From: Octopus vulgaris
Lineage: Eukaryota
Length of the DNA: 64,000 nt
Reading direction: 5' to 3'
NCBI GenBank assembly: GCA_951406725.2
Contig: OX597815.1
Span: 173,786,001-173,850,000, forward strand
Shown here: in pieces, positions 25,850 to 39,700 of the stretch
Layout: every line of letters begins with the position of its first letter
How positions within the stretch are numbered: the stretch's first letter is position 1
The notes under the pieces: generated by a model
Told to the model about the DNA's origin: nothing
What the model saw: the letters and a program-made list of their open reading frames with translations, nothing else
Database searches by the model: none
Translations under genes and position numbers: made by a program

Positions 25850-26800
25850 GTTGTTATGACAGGAAATAAATGCTTCTTTGTAATACTGAATACCAAGAAC
25901 AGTTACTCACTCTCATTATGAAATGATCTACCTTAGAGTAATGTACAGACTCCATTGTTGCTCAACATCTGCACAAATGATCAACTGCTTTATCTGTGCT
26001 AATGAGTTATGCATAGTGGGCCATAAAGAATTTTAATGACAACAAAACAACAATGAGTACAGCTTTAAACAATCTATGATCTTACTGTAAAGATATGCAT
26101 TTAATTGTTAATCCTGTGAAAACAAAAGTTTCTGCATCTAAAAAACACAGAGGCTCATCGCAAGTTAAATACATTATAGTGTGGAATAAAAGTTATTAGA
26201 TTGTTGTCTAACATGCAAGGAACATTTAGATAATGTAAGTGCCAAAGTGAGCACAACTTCCTAGAGTCCTCAGATACAATAACCATATTGGCTTTATGCT
26301 ACTAAGCTGCAGAATGTGTGCCCAGCATGGGCTAGAACTTCATATACAAAATCTTCTGATTCCAATCTCAACAAGCCATATCAATACATAACTCACTGGC
26401 TCAAGCACACTAACAGTAATGATTTTGACCTGTTGGCTGGCATCGCTCCACCTGGTATAAGGGGGGATGCTACCAGTAAACTTAAAAAAACAAAAAAGCA
26501 CCAGATGGACAGCATCCATTCTACAGATATCAACAAATATTAAAGTAATTAAATTTCATAATAATGTTGATATTTCAAAAGATTTACTAGTTATGGGAAG
26601 AAAGATTAGTAAACACTCAACCACAACCAAATATAAAGATAGAACAGTAGAAAAGGAGCTTGCAATCCACATGGAAGATGTGGAATTGTCTTAATGGATT
26701 CCATGGCTTCATGTTCAATTTGGCCACCATAGAGACATCAAAGTGAAATCAAAATACAATGTAGAATCCCCTTTCTGTGACTGTACATGAGTACTTTGTA
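25850..26800 (+). mobile_element. Decayed Vingi/Ingi-like (I-group) LINE RT fragment
   Basis: LNICTNDQ (FNIYTNDQ), FICANELCI (FIYADDL), NPVKTKV and CPAWAR...LLAGIAPPGIR. Confidence 0.65.
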
Positions 26801-26829
26801 TCTTAATTTTTTTTATCAATTGCTGGGTT

Positions 26830-28070
26830 TGGAAGAATGAACATAGAGTCTTTGGAGGATTTCCAAGACCAGCAAAACTGATGCAGTTAGCATTTTGATT
26901 AAATTTTGCAAGTTGACACCTGCAGGAAAGACATGAACAGAGATGGAATACTACAAGGCTGATTTTCTGAAGAGAAAGGAATAGGCACAGTGGTTAGTAC
27001 ATGAGAAAAGATACAACACAGATGATGAGAGGAGAAGAGATGAATTAGTCCAAACTGCCTGAATAGAAGTGGTACAAGACCAGCCACTTCTGAGGAGCAA
27101 GGACCATTACAGTAGTAGCAGGAAGGGAAGTATATCTGTAGACCAGAGAAGTATGTCTGTGTATGAGTAGCTATATGCCAATCAGTCAAATGACCATTCT
27201 CTGAATGTAGATTAAGATGTCTGTGTGTGCAGCAGTAGTAGCAAAGTACAAGATGTGGAAACAATATCCCTAATGTGAATATTACCTGAGCTTTGAAGAA
27301 AATGCTTCAGCGCAGAATCAATAATGACTGAAGCATTTTCTGGACTTAGACAAAAGGGCTAGTCTTTGAGATGTGGTTCTATGTTAAGGAAATGCTTTCA
27401 GCAGGAGAGAACCTTGATGACAGGAAGGCCTTACATTTGGAGTGATTGTGAATGCGCTAAATTGCAGGTTGCTCCTTTTAAAGCAGAATGAGATGTGATT
27501 ATGTTTCTTGAAGGTTTATTCTTTTTTGTTCTCTCATGTCCATACTGGAAGATGTTTATAAGATCTCTGTTCATAGAGTCAATGCAATCTGATATGTGGT
27601 GTCTAGGCACAGAGTAAGGAGGACAGAAAGATTATATCATTTGAGTAAGGGTGGATGTCGTTGGACATGATGGTATGTAGGTCATTGGTAGGGAGAACAA
27701 AATCAAATTCTGGGACAAGAGTATATATAGAATCTGGGACAGAACAAGCTTCATCATGACATTACAATAGTGCAATTTGACAATCCAAGAGATAAGAGTC
27801 AGGCAGGCAGTTTCAATTAGAGATTTGCATGCCAGACATGGTCAAAAGCTTTGCAACTGTTGAAAGTAACATGGATTTCACCAACTCTATCCAAGGTGAG
27901 AGTCAACTGGTGGATGCTATAAGAGAGTAAGTTTCCAGTGGATCTAGTTTTACAGAAGCTTCACTAGTAATCATTAAGAAGAGGAAGATATTCAAAGTAT
28001 TGGAGAATGTTAATGTTGATGACTATATCTACGTCCTTTGAAATAGTGGAAGTGAGTATGATAGAATGTC
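26830..28070 (-). mobile_element. Decayed L2/Crack/CR1-group LINE ORF2 fragment
   Basis: Minus strand KAFDHVWHANL..KLPA, IHPYSND (YADD remnant), KAQV..LGYCFHI and YYCNGPCSSEVAGLVP. Confidence 0.7.
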
Positions 28071-28539
28071 CACCAGTAAGCCCTGCCCCAAACCCCATCT
28101 TCTCTACACACCTCCACCCACTCATGATCACTACTTGATTGTGAACTCCTCCACTCTCTCTCTCACACACATATCTTGCTGCACACAATCACTCTCAATG
28201 CCATCACATATCTTCCATAGCTCCCCTGATCCACTCTTATCACTTGCTACAACCACTTCTACCCTATCTCTAACCATCTCCCATCATAGTCTTTTGAAAC
28301 ATCACCCCTACCTCTACCCTTCCCTGCCTACTCATCCTGTCCAATCCTTTGTAAAACTTATATTCACCCCCACTGTACCTTGTAGGTATGTCCCAACATA
28401 TCTCCACCATGAACTATCTCTCTATCTACCTATCTTTCTCTCTAACTTTATCTCTATATTTCTCCTTTCTTTTCCAACTGGGGTAGCCAAGTATCTCCTC
28501 TATAGCAAGACACCTATTTTTATCCCTCTATTATACTTT

Positions 28540-28845
28540 AACTTCTCAGCTAGCACAAAGCCACATCCCTCAATACTACCCACCCCCTATCATTCAGGAG
28601 TCTTTGTCTTGCTAGTTACCTGGTGACCCCTCTGCAGCTGGTGCCATAAAAAAAAAAAAGAACCCGTGCTGGTGCCATGTAAAACGCACCCAGTAATACT
28701 CTGTAAAATGTTGGTATTAGGAAGGGTGTTCAGCCATAAAAACCATGCCAAAATAGACAATGGAACCTGGTACAGCTCTCTGGCTTACCAGCTCCTGTCA
28801 AAACATCCAGCCTATGCTAACACAGAAAACAAATGATGATGATGT
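28540..28845 (+). mobile_element. SINE family C preceded by pyrimidine-rich tract
   Basis: gctggtgccatgtaaaacgcaccc...ggtattaggaagggtgttcagcc...gatgatgatg. Confidence 0.7.
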
Positions 28846-31660
28846 TTGAATGAATTCAGAAATAATGCAAATAATGTACTAGATTGTGAAAAAATTAAAA
28901 AGGGCTGATATAGATATGTAGAATAATATCTTCATGATCATCATTATAGCATTTTAATAAAAATCAAACAATTTCTTATATATAGTGTTGCAAAATTTAA
29001 TGGACAACAAATGTAATGTGATATAAATAGCTTTTCTACATGCATTAGAATTATGAAACTATGTTAATTACCTTACAAACTTACAGCAGAATTCCTTATC
29101 ATAGAGAAATGAAGTACAACATTTATATACACAGAGATATATATTCATTTCTATGATCCCTTTTCCATGGTAGCATGGGTTAGAAGAACATATAGGAGCA
29201 CAGTTTTACAGCTGGATTCCTGACGTTAATCCTTACATATTTTTCAAGTAAAGTGTTAGTATCAGGAATTCTACATGTCCTCAAATGTGCAAAGCCAGAA
29301 GACAAACCATTGATTCAGAAAATGATAGCAACATCATCACCCATAACTGCATGGTTTTCAGAGAAATCCAAATGTAAACACATGTACAACAGGCATTTTT
29401 CAGTTCCTAGTTACAAAAACAACTCATAAGTTTTTGTTCAGCCTGGGCTATAATAAAATCATTTGCTGAAAGTATCAAGGTATCATGTGATAGGACTGAA
29501 CCTGAAACCATATGGTTTAAAAAGCAAACTTCCTCCACAGAAACATCCATGTATTCACACAGACACACACACACACAAAACATACATTTATTAAGATATA
29601 ATCTATAAAACATTGCAGCACTCAACAGCAAACCCATTGAGATCACCTTCTGATGGGCTAAGTAGTACCCATCAAAAAACACAGTACTTTTCCAAGTAAT
29701 AAGAACTACAATATGGTTGTAGTCAATGCATGTAAGATGTATAATGGCTGATACTAAACAATTCATCAACTGGATTATTATCCCAGTAAGTGAAGAATTA
29801 AAATATAAAATTAAGTCCTGAAATATGCAAGCCATAAACATGTGCTAACATTTCTTAAAAGAATGTTTTTAATCAAGTAAGAAAGAATGAAAATTTTATC
29901 CACTTTATCATAATCCTTTTCACTCTTAACAAACAAGCTCTATCAATTAGGAACAGCATTTCTAAGATGGCAATAATCTATATATATGTAGTGAACAGGT
30001 TATATTAAAAATGAAGAAAACAAACAATAAATATGAACAGTAACTAGGTCAACTTTGGAGTTCTGAAACCAATAAGTAATACACAATATATATATTATCC
30101 ACTAGTCTCTTATAAGTAAGATTACAAATTATATATCATCAACAGACTGACACAATTTCAGAGTGACAGAAATTACATGAACCAAAACTATGTATGTTCA
30201 TCTCCTATAGTTCAACATTCAATACTTGAAGTAGGTACAAGAAGTAATAAAACTAATAATAGCTGAATTTTCCTAAGAATATTAGTTAAGTTTGTCAAGA
30301 ATTTGCCAACACACTGACAATTTTTGACATGTGAAGAGGAGATATTTATTTCTATGATCCAGTGTATTAATTACAGGTACTTGTTAACATATACTTAATA
30401 TATGAAACTGAAAAGGATAATTTGCAATCAGACACAGTGATTCCAACTATCTTTCACAAATCTAGACTCCATAAAAACAGATTAACTCTAGCACAATATA
30501 AATCTCCTTCCTCCAAATCTATACTTACCAAGAACAGATTAAAGTATTATCATACATCTCAATATACAAAAGGACAAATTTCTAGTTATCACCATCACTT
30601 CAATGACCTTCACTCAATATAACAAACATGGACTAAAGCAAAATACCTCTGATCTTCCTGTCCTTCCTTTTGTAAGACAAGCAGGTGTAATTTGAGAGAC
30701 GATTGGTTATTTCTAGCAGGTCAAAGGACCACAATAAGGCTCCCACATTGGCTCACATAGAAAGGCACATACTGGATCAACAGTAAGTATGGTATTTACA
30801 GCTCAATGGAATACACCACTGAAAACCGAGTCTCTTTGATAAAAATCAAGCACAATGCTGGTAGCAAGTCATAAACTGATAAACTTTACATTGATAAAAT
30901 AATGACTTCAGTTCTCGAGCAAAGAATGGTACTAGAATACTAGAATGGTAAAGTGCTTTAATAATGAGTAACTCTTAAAACAGTGATCTACTAGCAGTAC
31001 CTGTGACAATTTCACAGATATTTTGAAAATTGTAAGATGTTTGAAAGTTAACAAAGAACCAAGAAATATATTCTCCACCCCATCCAAAATATCAGATTGT
31101 TAAGAAGGTGTAAAAGTTAACTTCCTACATCCTGTTGAAAATTTTTCAAGTCAAAAGATTGGTTGTGTAATGATTGTGCTAAAAATGCTTATTTACTCAA
31201 ATGTTTATAGTGTCTTTACTTGTCAGATTATTGTGAAAATTGGAGGTATTGCAAAAATGATTTAGCTATTTTTTAATGTAAGTAGCCAACTGTGCTAAAA
31301 ATAATGTTGAACATACATAGTTAAGTAAATATATAATAACTATAAAAAAAATACACCCCATAAAAATGAAGACATTGTATACACTTAGTAATAGACATGG
31401 ACATTCCAAACATCACAAAAGAAAAAAAATGTCCCTGATGTTTTTGCAAATTTTTCATTATGAAATTTAACAGACATGCTGAGTTGCTTCCTTCAGTAGA
31501 AAACATACCCAGGTATATATAAATTTAATCAACATGTACAAATAAAATTAACTAGTCCCTTTTGTTCCACATACAAATTGTTTGTTTGGCAATTGTATCG
31601 ACCAAAACTCAATGGACAAAGTTAAAGAAAAAGCTCAACAGACTTCACATCAAGTCTTAA

Positions 31661-31880
31661 CTCTTTAGCATTTAAGCCAGTCATATCTTGCCAAAATATT
31701 ATACCTGTTTTATCTTCTAACTGGACAGATCTGGCTTCTCACACCTACCCTACAATGTTATTCTAAAAATAAATAATAATCACATCATAGAAATCTTGAA
31801 GCTACAAGATGCTTGATTAATTCAAAACTATATGAATAAATAAGCATTACGTTTGACAGTGTAATCTGAATGTTAAAGGG
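31661..31880. mobile_element. piggyBac-type MITE (220 bp)
   Basis: TTAA|ctctttagcattta ... tgaatgttaaaggg|TTAG. The TIRs resemble CCCTTTAGCATT with a TTAA-like target site. Confidence 0.7.
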
Positions 31881-34800
31881 TTAGAGGTATTTTTGAATCA
31901 ACAACCCAAGTAAAAGGTTTACTGTCTACCCTTTTTTCAGATAATATTTTGTCCCATTACTTGATGATAAATCAAGTGGATCAAAGACAGTTATCAAAAT
32001 GTGCACGAAAGAAGTAGCTATATCACTGGTTATCATGTATCTCTAATACATTATCTGTCATTAATGCATCAATTAAGCCAAGAACTAAGTTGTCCCTCAA
32101 AGAATGATTACCAGCCATTTTCAAAGGTTTCTATTAAAATCCTTGCCCACAAAAAAAAAAAAAGATAATAAAATAGAATAAAAGTATAAATTCAGCAACA
32201 TACACAGGTTCACATTGATAATGAATGTTACAGAATGTAAATAAATGACAGCAGAAGGGATTGAAATGTTCTCCGGAAGATTAGAGAATCTATAGCTTCT
32301 ATTAAAACAAATGTAAAAATAGTTCAATTTGTGTGATTCCAGCTGGCATAGAACTAACAGACATACTGTGCTGATTCATGTTATACAGCATAAGAAAAAT
32401 TACAAAATCTAGTATTTTATATCCATACTGTGCAGTCAAATATAAAAGTAAATTTTTTTTGTATTATTGCTGTCAGGACTCTTTCATACATACTATAAAA
32501 TGTTACACACTGGGGTTTACAAAAGATGTGGAGTAGGACAAAGTTATTTAAAAAATGAGGAAAAATTACAAAATGAACACCCTCAAGACCATATATATCA
32601 TTATTAACCATCTCACAGGGAGATTTTTTATAACATTTATTTTGACTAAACCGGCTTTCCTTGTTGCTGTTGTTTATTAAGTATGTTACATTCAAAGTTT
32701 TGGTGGACATTATCTCAGTTTAAGTTGGAGTTATTTCTAAGTTGAATGTAGACAACAAAACTTCATATTTAGAATGTCTGAAAATTATCAATTTTTTTCT
32801 CTCTCTCCATATGGGAGAGACAAATGTCCCAGTGGAGATCTTTGAAGGAAACATTTAAAAACAAATGCTTTTTAGTATATGTTTATTAAAAAAATCATTC
32901 CATAGAGCACCCAATCACATTTCCACTTGAGATACAAAGAATAATAAAATAATTTCTAACATAAGAGTGAGACAAGTTTTTGGAGGAGACAGAGTGTAGT
33001 CGATAATACTAATTCCTAGAACTTGGTTATTATCATCAAACAGCTAATTACTAATTCAGCTTTTTTTTTTTTGACGATGTAAATATAACATTAAACTTTA
33101 GAAATTCTTAATTATAAAGATTTGAAGTATAAAAGCTTGCAAAAAATCCAAGGGAGACTGGGTAGCTCCCCTGCCCCCCAAAAAGAAGAAAGAAACATAT
33201 AGGAAACATTATTGATTGGGGGGGGGTACAACATGTATGATACTCAGCAGAGTGTCTTCAGACACCTTTCATAAAGAAACAATAGGTTATAAAATGCTTC
33301 GTAACTTCACCTAATAGTTCATAAAATAACATAATTGGCCTAATAAATGATATCTTAAACCTCCTCAGAGATAGATGCTCATCATATTTCTCCCCTCTAT
33401 TATGAAATACAAGAAGAAAAAAAGAACACTTAACTGAAACTGTTCCCCATACTGCATAATAAGTAAACAGGAAATGCTCTCAGCATGAAATACTAGTATT
33501 ATAAAGCAAAACAGACTGACTAGAGATTTATTTTAGGAATCCAGATGGTTTTTTTCTAAACATTTCAACATTAGTAGCAAAGATTAATATATGCTCTAAA
33601 AATGTATGAAACACATTAGCAGATCAAGTAACAAAGTTATCATAGATAACCTTTTAATAGGAATTTACCTAGAAATAGATTCATCATTTAAGATAATTAG
33701 CATAATTTTACTTTTTTTTTTTCAAGGCTTATTGGCATAGCTTAGAGCAAGTTAGAAAGAATTCTGATAACAGTTACTTCAATTGAATTTTTTAAAAACT
33801 TGCTGTTTTATAGTAGAAATATAAAACTTGTGAATAAACTTCTATTCATTCTTCGATATGTAAACATAGTATTATAAATGGACAGATAGTGGTAAGCAAT
33901 AGTGGAGGCAAGCTCCGTAGTTTGATGAAAGTATCTAACAGTGGAAAAATCTATTTCAATATTCATTATATTGAATCTTTAGTTTTAACACACACACAAA
34001 TACACACAACTAACAGGCAAAGGTAGATGCTGAAGTGATAACATTAATTTATTGAAACTGGAAAAGTACAGGACAAGAATTATTGCAGCTGAAGTTGGAA
34101 TTTGAATTTAAGCAACATGCCTCTTGGATGGGTCCCAATAGAAAAAGACTATAGGAAAGGCTATGGGGCTCTTGGGCAGTAAGCTAATAATTCTTTTAAA
34201 TTTGAAGGCCCATTTTCTTTCCCGCATAGCACCCCTTTATGTGCATATCTAATTGATATTGTATCCAATGATTTTTGCTGAGTCTGCAAGAAGGTAAATT
34301 AGATTTTTATGCACTTCAGGGTAAGAGAAGTTTGTTGGTCAAGCTTTATAGAAAACATGTGAGTTGGGGAGGGTGGGAGTTTCTGGGTATCAAAAGCCCA
34401 AGAATGTTATCTATGGGTTTTTATTTGGAGTTACTGCCCATGTCGACAGATCAGGGACCATGTCTCACTCATATATTCAATTTCTTTGTTTTTAGTGGGA
34501 ATAAATTTTAATTTTATGTCAGGGAAAGGTGGACCTCACTAAAACAATCATTTGAATGAAACAGAAAACAACATTTTTTTCTTAATTCGATTCCAGCTTC
34601 AGCTGCAACAATTATAAGCTTTCACTTCTTTTAGTCCAGTACTTTTCCTGGTACAATTAATTAAGAATATTATTATTCCTGTCTTTTTCTTGCTGGTCCA
34701 CTCTTTTTTACAGCCAAAACATAATTGTTATCAAAACAACACTCAAAAATTGGCACAAAAAATAAAAGAAGTGGAATATTTTTATAAAAATTTAAACAAT

Positions 34801-37800
34801 GATAAAAAAAATAAATTTTATGAATTGGAAAAAACTAAATTATATAAAATAGCCTATGAAGAACCTAAAATGCCAATAAAGCACGAGCAGATGAATTAAA
34901 TAATGCCAATCAGAAAGCAGTACTGCTAATATAAGTCAACCAGTTTTGAGGCAAAAGGGGTCTGATCACATTCACAAAAAATACTTTGAGTACACTGTGG
35001 GTCTCCTTGATGCCATGGTATCAGACAAGTAAGTTTTAAACGTTTCAAATAATCTTAATATTTTTCAAAAACATGATAATCTGTCAGTCTTTTATAAATT
35101 CTTACAAAACCCACTATAGAAAACACTGATATAATGTATCCTTGATATGAACAAAAATAAGCCAAGTGGTAGGGAACATTTTTGGTTGAGAGCAGAACCA
35201 ACTTTAAGTGTATAAAAAGTTTGTGAAGATACATCTGAGAAAAATAATCTAATTTTACTAATTCACATTACATTACTGCTTTGGTCTGAAGGCAAAACAG
35301 TTTTTGTGTTGGTGAAAGTCGAATTACATGGAGGCAAACTCTATTTTGATTGCTCATCAATAATAATAGTGGTCAAAAATTTATCTAATATTTCAGTATA
35401 TGTTGGTTGAGGGAAGAGTTGGGAAGCTGTACTCACACATTCCATATTTCTGTAGGGTGTATTCCAAAAACCAGAGAAGATAACATAAAAATGTGAAATT
35501 CTAGAAAAATAATTTTAAAGAATTCTGGTTGTTACATTGAAGCAGCCTTCATTTCAACTTCTACTTCAGCAAATATCCACACATGCAGAAATCAGTGGCT
35601 GAGTTTAAAACACCCAGAATGTTAATATGAATGTTTTAAGAGAGAGGTGTTTGAGCAAAAATTAAACTTTTTAAAAATATTTTTTAACTTTTTCAGATTA
35701 TCATAGTCCTCATATTTTACCATGTGAAACACCTAGAATATTTTCAAAAACAGAAAAAAGCATAAAACTTTGAAAGAGTGTGTGTATGTGTGTGGTGGCT
35801 GGGTCTGAAATTTTGAAAAGCTGTTTTAAGGGCAAAATTATAATATTGTTCAAAACATAGAATTCTGAAGAATATTTTGAGGGAAAAAATGAATAAAACA
35901 AAAAAAAAAAAAAAAAGGGTAGGATTCATATCTGATACATTAACCCCTGATTTCTTTCTCTTTTTAATTGTTTATGCTCACTAATTGCAGATGCAGACCA
36001 TCACCACTTTGCTCAGATCCTATTGTATATTTTATATGTACAAGTGTTTGTTTGTGTGTAAGCATGTAAATATTGTTACAAACAAGTATAATTATAGATT
36101 AATGCTCCAGTGATTACCCTCTACTCTGGTCATTGTACTATACCAACTTTGTACCAATTTTGACATGCTTTTCAATACTAGTTTCTCATGATGGTTAGGT
36201 ACACTTAATTAAATTGATTCTTTTTTTTTTTTAAATAACAGAGATATGATGGCTTAGGGATAAATTTAATCTTTACTTCCTTTCTGATTTGACTGAATTT
36301 TACCCCGTAAGTGTTTTTCTATGGCACAAATCTTGAGGTAAGCTTTCAATATTAGATTTCTCTCCTTTGGGGTTTTTTAAGGAAAGCTTAACTTTACTAA
36401 ATTATCTTTTAAAATAACAGAGATTGGGTGATTTAAAGATGATATTAGACATTACTTCCTCTCTGATTTGAGCACTTTTCCCCCCTTTTTTTCTACTGCA
36501 CCAATTTTCTTGTGGCTTACAGAATTAAATTCCTCTCATTGAGATCTTTTACTTAAATGCAACTAAAACAAAAATAATATAGAAATAAGGAAACTATACT
36601 GCTTAGAAGAAGTTGCAACTGTGTGATATTCTTCCATATCATATCCCTTTTTTTTACACACATAATTTACTATCATAATATTGCAAAATATAGTGGATCG
36701 CTGGCTCTTTTCAATGAATCCAACAGCATTTAATTTGGTCAAGAATTGGGTTAGGTAGAGGGTGTAGAAGTGGAGGTGTTGTCTGTAAGGACACTATTAA
36801 CCCACTGCTATGCATGAATAATATGTGTGTTATATGAAAGTTCACACCTTTGCCAGTTGTTTACCTCAGAACAAATAGCATTGCCAGTAAGGTACTATTG
36901 GTGCTTACTGATTCTGACTTTACTGGAGCATGGTTAAGATGTTTTGTAGCCAGCCCATTGTAAACTTTTTTATTATCAACTTCATAATGGAACTTCAAGA
37001 GTTTGATAAATTTGTTCAAGATGACCAAAATATTGAAGAAGAATGACTTTCATTGGAAGCATATACTACAGGAACCAAACATCCCACAGATCATGAACAT
37101 TAGAAAAAATGCATTTGGAAATAATGTCACTCCATGCATATGTGAACTTCATGCAAGAACATGAAATGAGATTGTTTCTCAACGGAATCAATATCTCTCA
37201 TAAAGAAGGATGAAAAAATTGCTGATGTTTCTCATATATCAAAAGATAAATTTTTTAAATGCAAATCCTGTAGTCATAAACATGCATTTATTAAAGCAAA
37301 TATCTTGCATTTAGTAAGATATGTAAATCATTTAACAAAAAGAACCACTTTCAGTTAGTAGCACTTAAAAGAAAAGTATATTATATATTGATGATGACAA
37401 GTCTGGTGCTGAAATAAATGTGTTTATGCTACAAGACAAAGAAAGTGCCACCTTAAGTTAAATTGAATAATGTCAGTTTGGATATGCAATTAGATACTAG
37501 AAGCAAGATAATTTTAAGAAATTATTGGATGATTATTGGCCAACCAAAACTTCTCAAAAGTTATTGACAACTTCAGGGATCAATAAACGAAACCTTGATT
37601 TCTTTTAAGGAACCCAAGAAACAGGTATTCAGTTTAATTTTATAACAGTGGTAGTAGTGAACTGTTATAAAAATCATGGTCTAGTTGGAAGTGATATACT
37701 AAATATTGATAACACAAGACAAGTCAATTGCGTTGTGCCAAATGTTGACAATATTTGTTTGCTTAAGAATTAAATTTAAAGAAAGATGTACATATCATCT

Positions 37801-38389
37801 TCCATATTTCAAATTTCAAAAAACACTAATTATCTTTTTGCACTTGTAGTTTGTAAGGTTCGGAAAAATGATTAAACAGAGCTGATTAGAGCATGCTCCT
37901 CCTAGTGGTAGCAAGTGGGTGCCACCTTTTGTGATAGTATGAAAGCTAAATTGGAAAATTACAAATTTGTAGTGATTACAAGGTACACCTTAATTATAAG
38001 AATAGCCTAGCACTATCCCTAACATTAAATCCACCATTCACTTTGAACTCAGAAATGCATACCACCAAATTAAAATTCAAGAGGATTTTAAGGAGATCAT
38101 ACCATTAATTATGATCTCTATTGATTTGTTCAGAAGGACATGAATATTTTATGGCATAAAATCTCCAAGTACCATGCAATGAGCAAGATGAAATATATTT
38201 CAAGGCAACTACTGAGGACCACAATTACATTGGGTTGACTGAGAGACAGGGCATGACTATCAATTTGAAGAAATTTACCTCTAACAGTAACGAGATTAAA
38301 AAATTTTTTTTTATATATATTCTATTTCAAAGTAATATGTTTCTTCAGATGGACATTTGATCCAGAAAATATTAAAGGTTTCTCCAGCA

Positions 38390-38590
38390 TCATCATTTTT
38401 CATTCGCTTTTCCATGCAAGTATGGGTTGGATGGTTCAACACAGTCTAAGTCAGTTTTTATTTGGAGCTACTGCCCATGTCGACAGATCAGGGACCATGT
38501 CTCACTCATATATTCAATTTTTAGCATGGATTCTATGGCTGAATACCCTTTACAGAGTGTACTAGGTGCATTTTATTAGAGTACTAGCAT
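38390..38590 (-). mobile_element. SINE family C
   Basis: catcatcatttt...ttttccatgcaagtatgggttggatgg. Same subfamily as 10475-10700. Confidence 0.7.
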
Positions 38591-39179
38591 CAGAGAGATT
38601 GTTTCCTCAGCAAGTTTATTCTCTAAGTTGCTTCCATTCATTCAAGGTAATAGGATCAGGAGGGTAAATTGAAGAAGTCATGAAGAATTAGGATAAAAGA
38701 AAAGAGGATAAGATGAGAAAAATAGACAGGGGTAAGAAAGTAATAGAGGAGGGAGTAATGGAAGTGAAACTGTGATTGATAGCTACATGTTGGTAAGGAG
38801 ACTGAATAGAAAAACAGCATGGATGGCATGACGAGGAAAAAGTGATAGCAAGGGAACAGGGTGATGAAAGGAGTAAAGTGAAAGTGTGATAGAAGAGAAT
38901 GAAAAAGATCAACAATAGATAAGAAAATTTGTATGAGAGTGATGGATAACAATAAAGAAGGGTGATGGTGAGAGGAGATTGAATACTGACAGATCCAATA
39001 CTATCCCTTGGTATACAGGTGGCATGATGCAATAGAGGTAAAATTGAAGAAAAGCACAGTGACAGAAGAGAGGGCAAATGATAGATGAGAGTACAACAAA
39101 GAAGAGAGCAGTCAGTAGTCAATTCAATGCTTCTGTAATTACTTTCCTTCATAGCATCTCCTTTAACCTTGTAGAAATT

Positions 39180-39700
39180 GATGATACTGATCTACTAATT
39201 ATTGGTTATGACACCTCACTCTATTGTGTAATTGACTATTTGAGTGGCTAGTATATGACCTATTTCTCCAGATACTTTTAGGATGTTACCATTTATCTCT
39301 GGTCTTTAGCTGTCTCTTTTTCTCTCTTTCTATCCTTCATTCCTTAACTCTTTCAACAACATGCCTATCAATATCAAAGGCTGGTCCCTTCGTTGAGTCC
39401 ATTTGGAGTATGTCCTCTTTCACCCATGCATTCTCCTCATTCAATAAATTCTGGTAGTAGCATTTCCTTGCCTCTTTCATTTTCATGTTAATAAGGGAAA
39501 GTGTACAACTATTATTCTGTATACACTTCTCCATAACAATGTCTTCATTCTCTCTGGTACAATACAATTTGGAACACTTTATGCCTTTGATCCTCGTGCT
39601 GTAAAATATGTAAAGCTTTTACTTTTGACTTCTCCCATTGCTAAATATAACTGTCAACTAGCTCCTCTCATAGTTACTTGATAATATCATTTGATCCCTC
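39180..39700 (-). mobile_element. RTE LINE fragment (EN-RT linker)
   Basis: ORF 39337..39567 RENEDIVMEKCI...KEARKCYYQNLLNEENAW...GPAFDID resembles RTE linker W..HY..LLNxENxW. Confidence 0.65.

Noticed and set aside
28066-28626. 186-aa ORF and similar S/L/P/H-rich ORFs (38656-39152, 41510-41854)
   Set aside because: Low-complexity pyrimidine- or purine-rich tracts that lack stops for compositional reasons. No domain motifs.
37638-37672. 12-bp stem hairpin (and the 21-bp palindrome near 24340-24360)
   Set aside because: Short AT-rich stems expected by chance. The first lies within a Gypsy relic.
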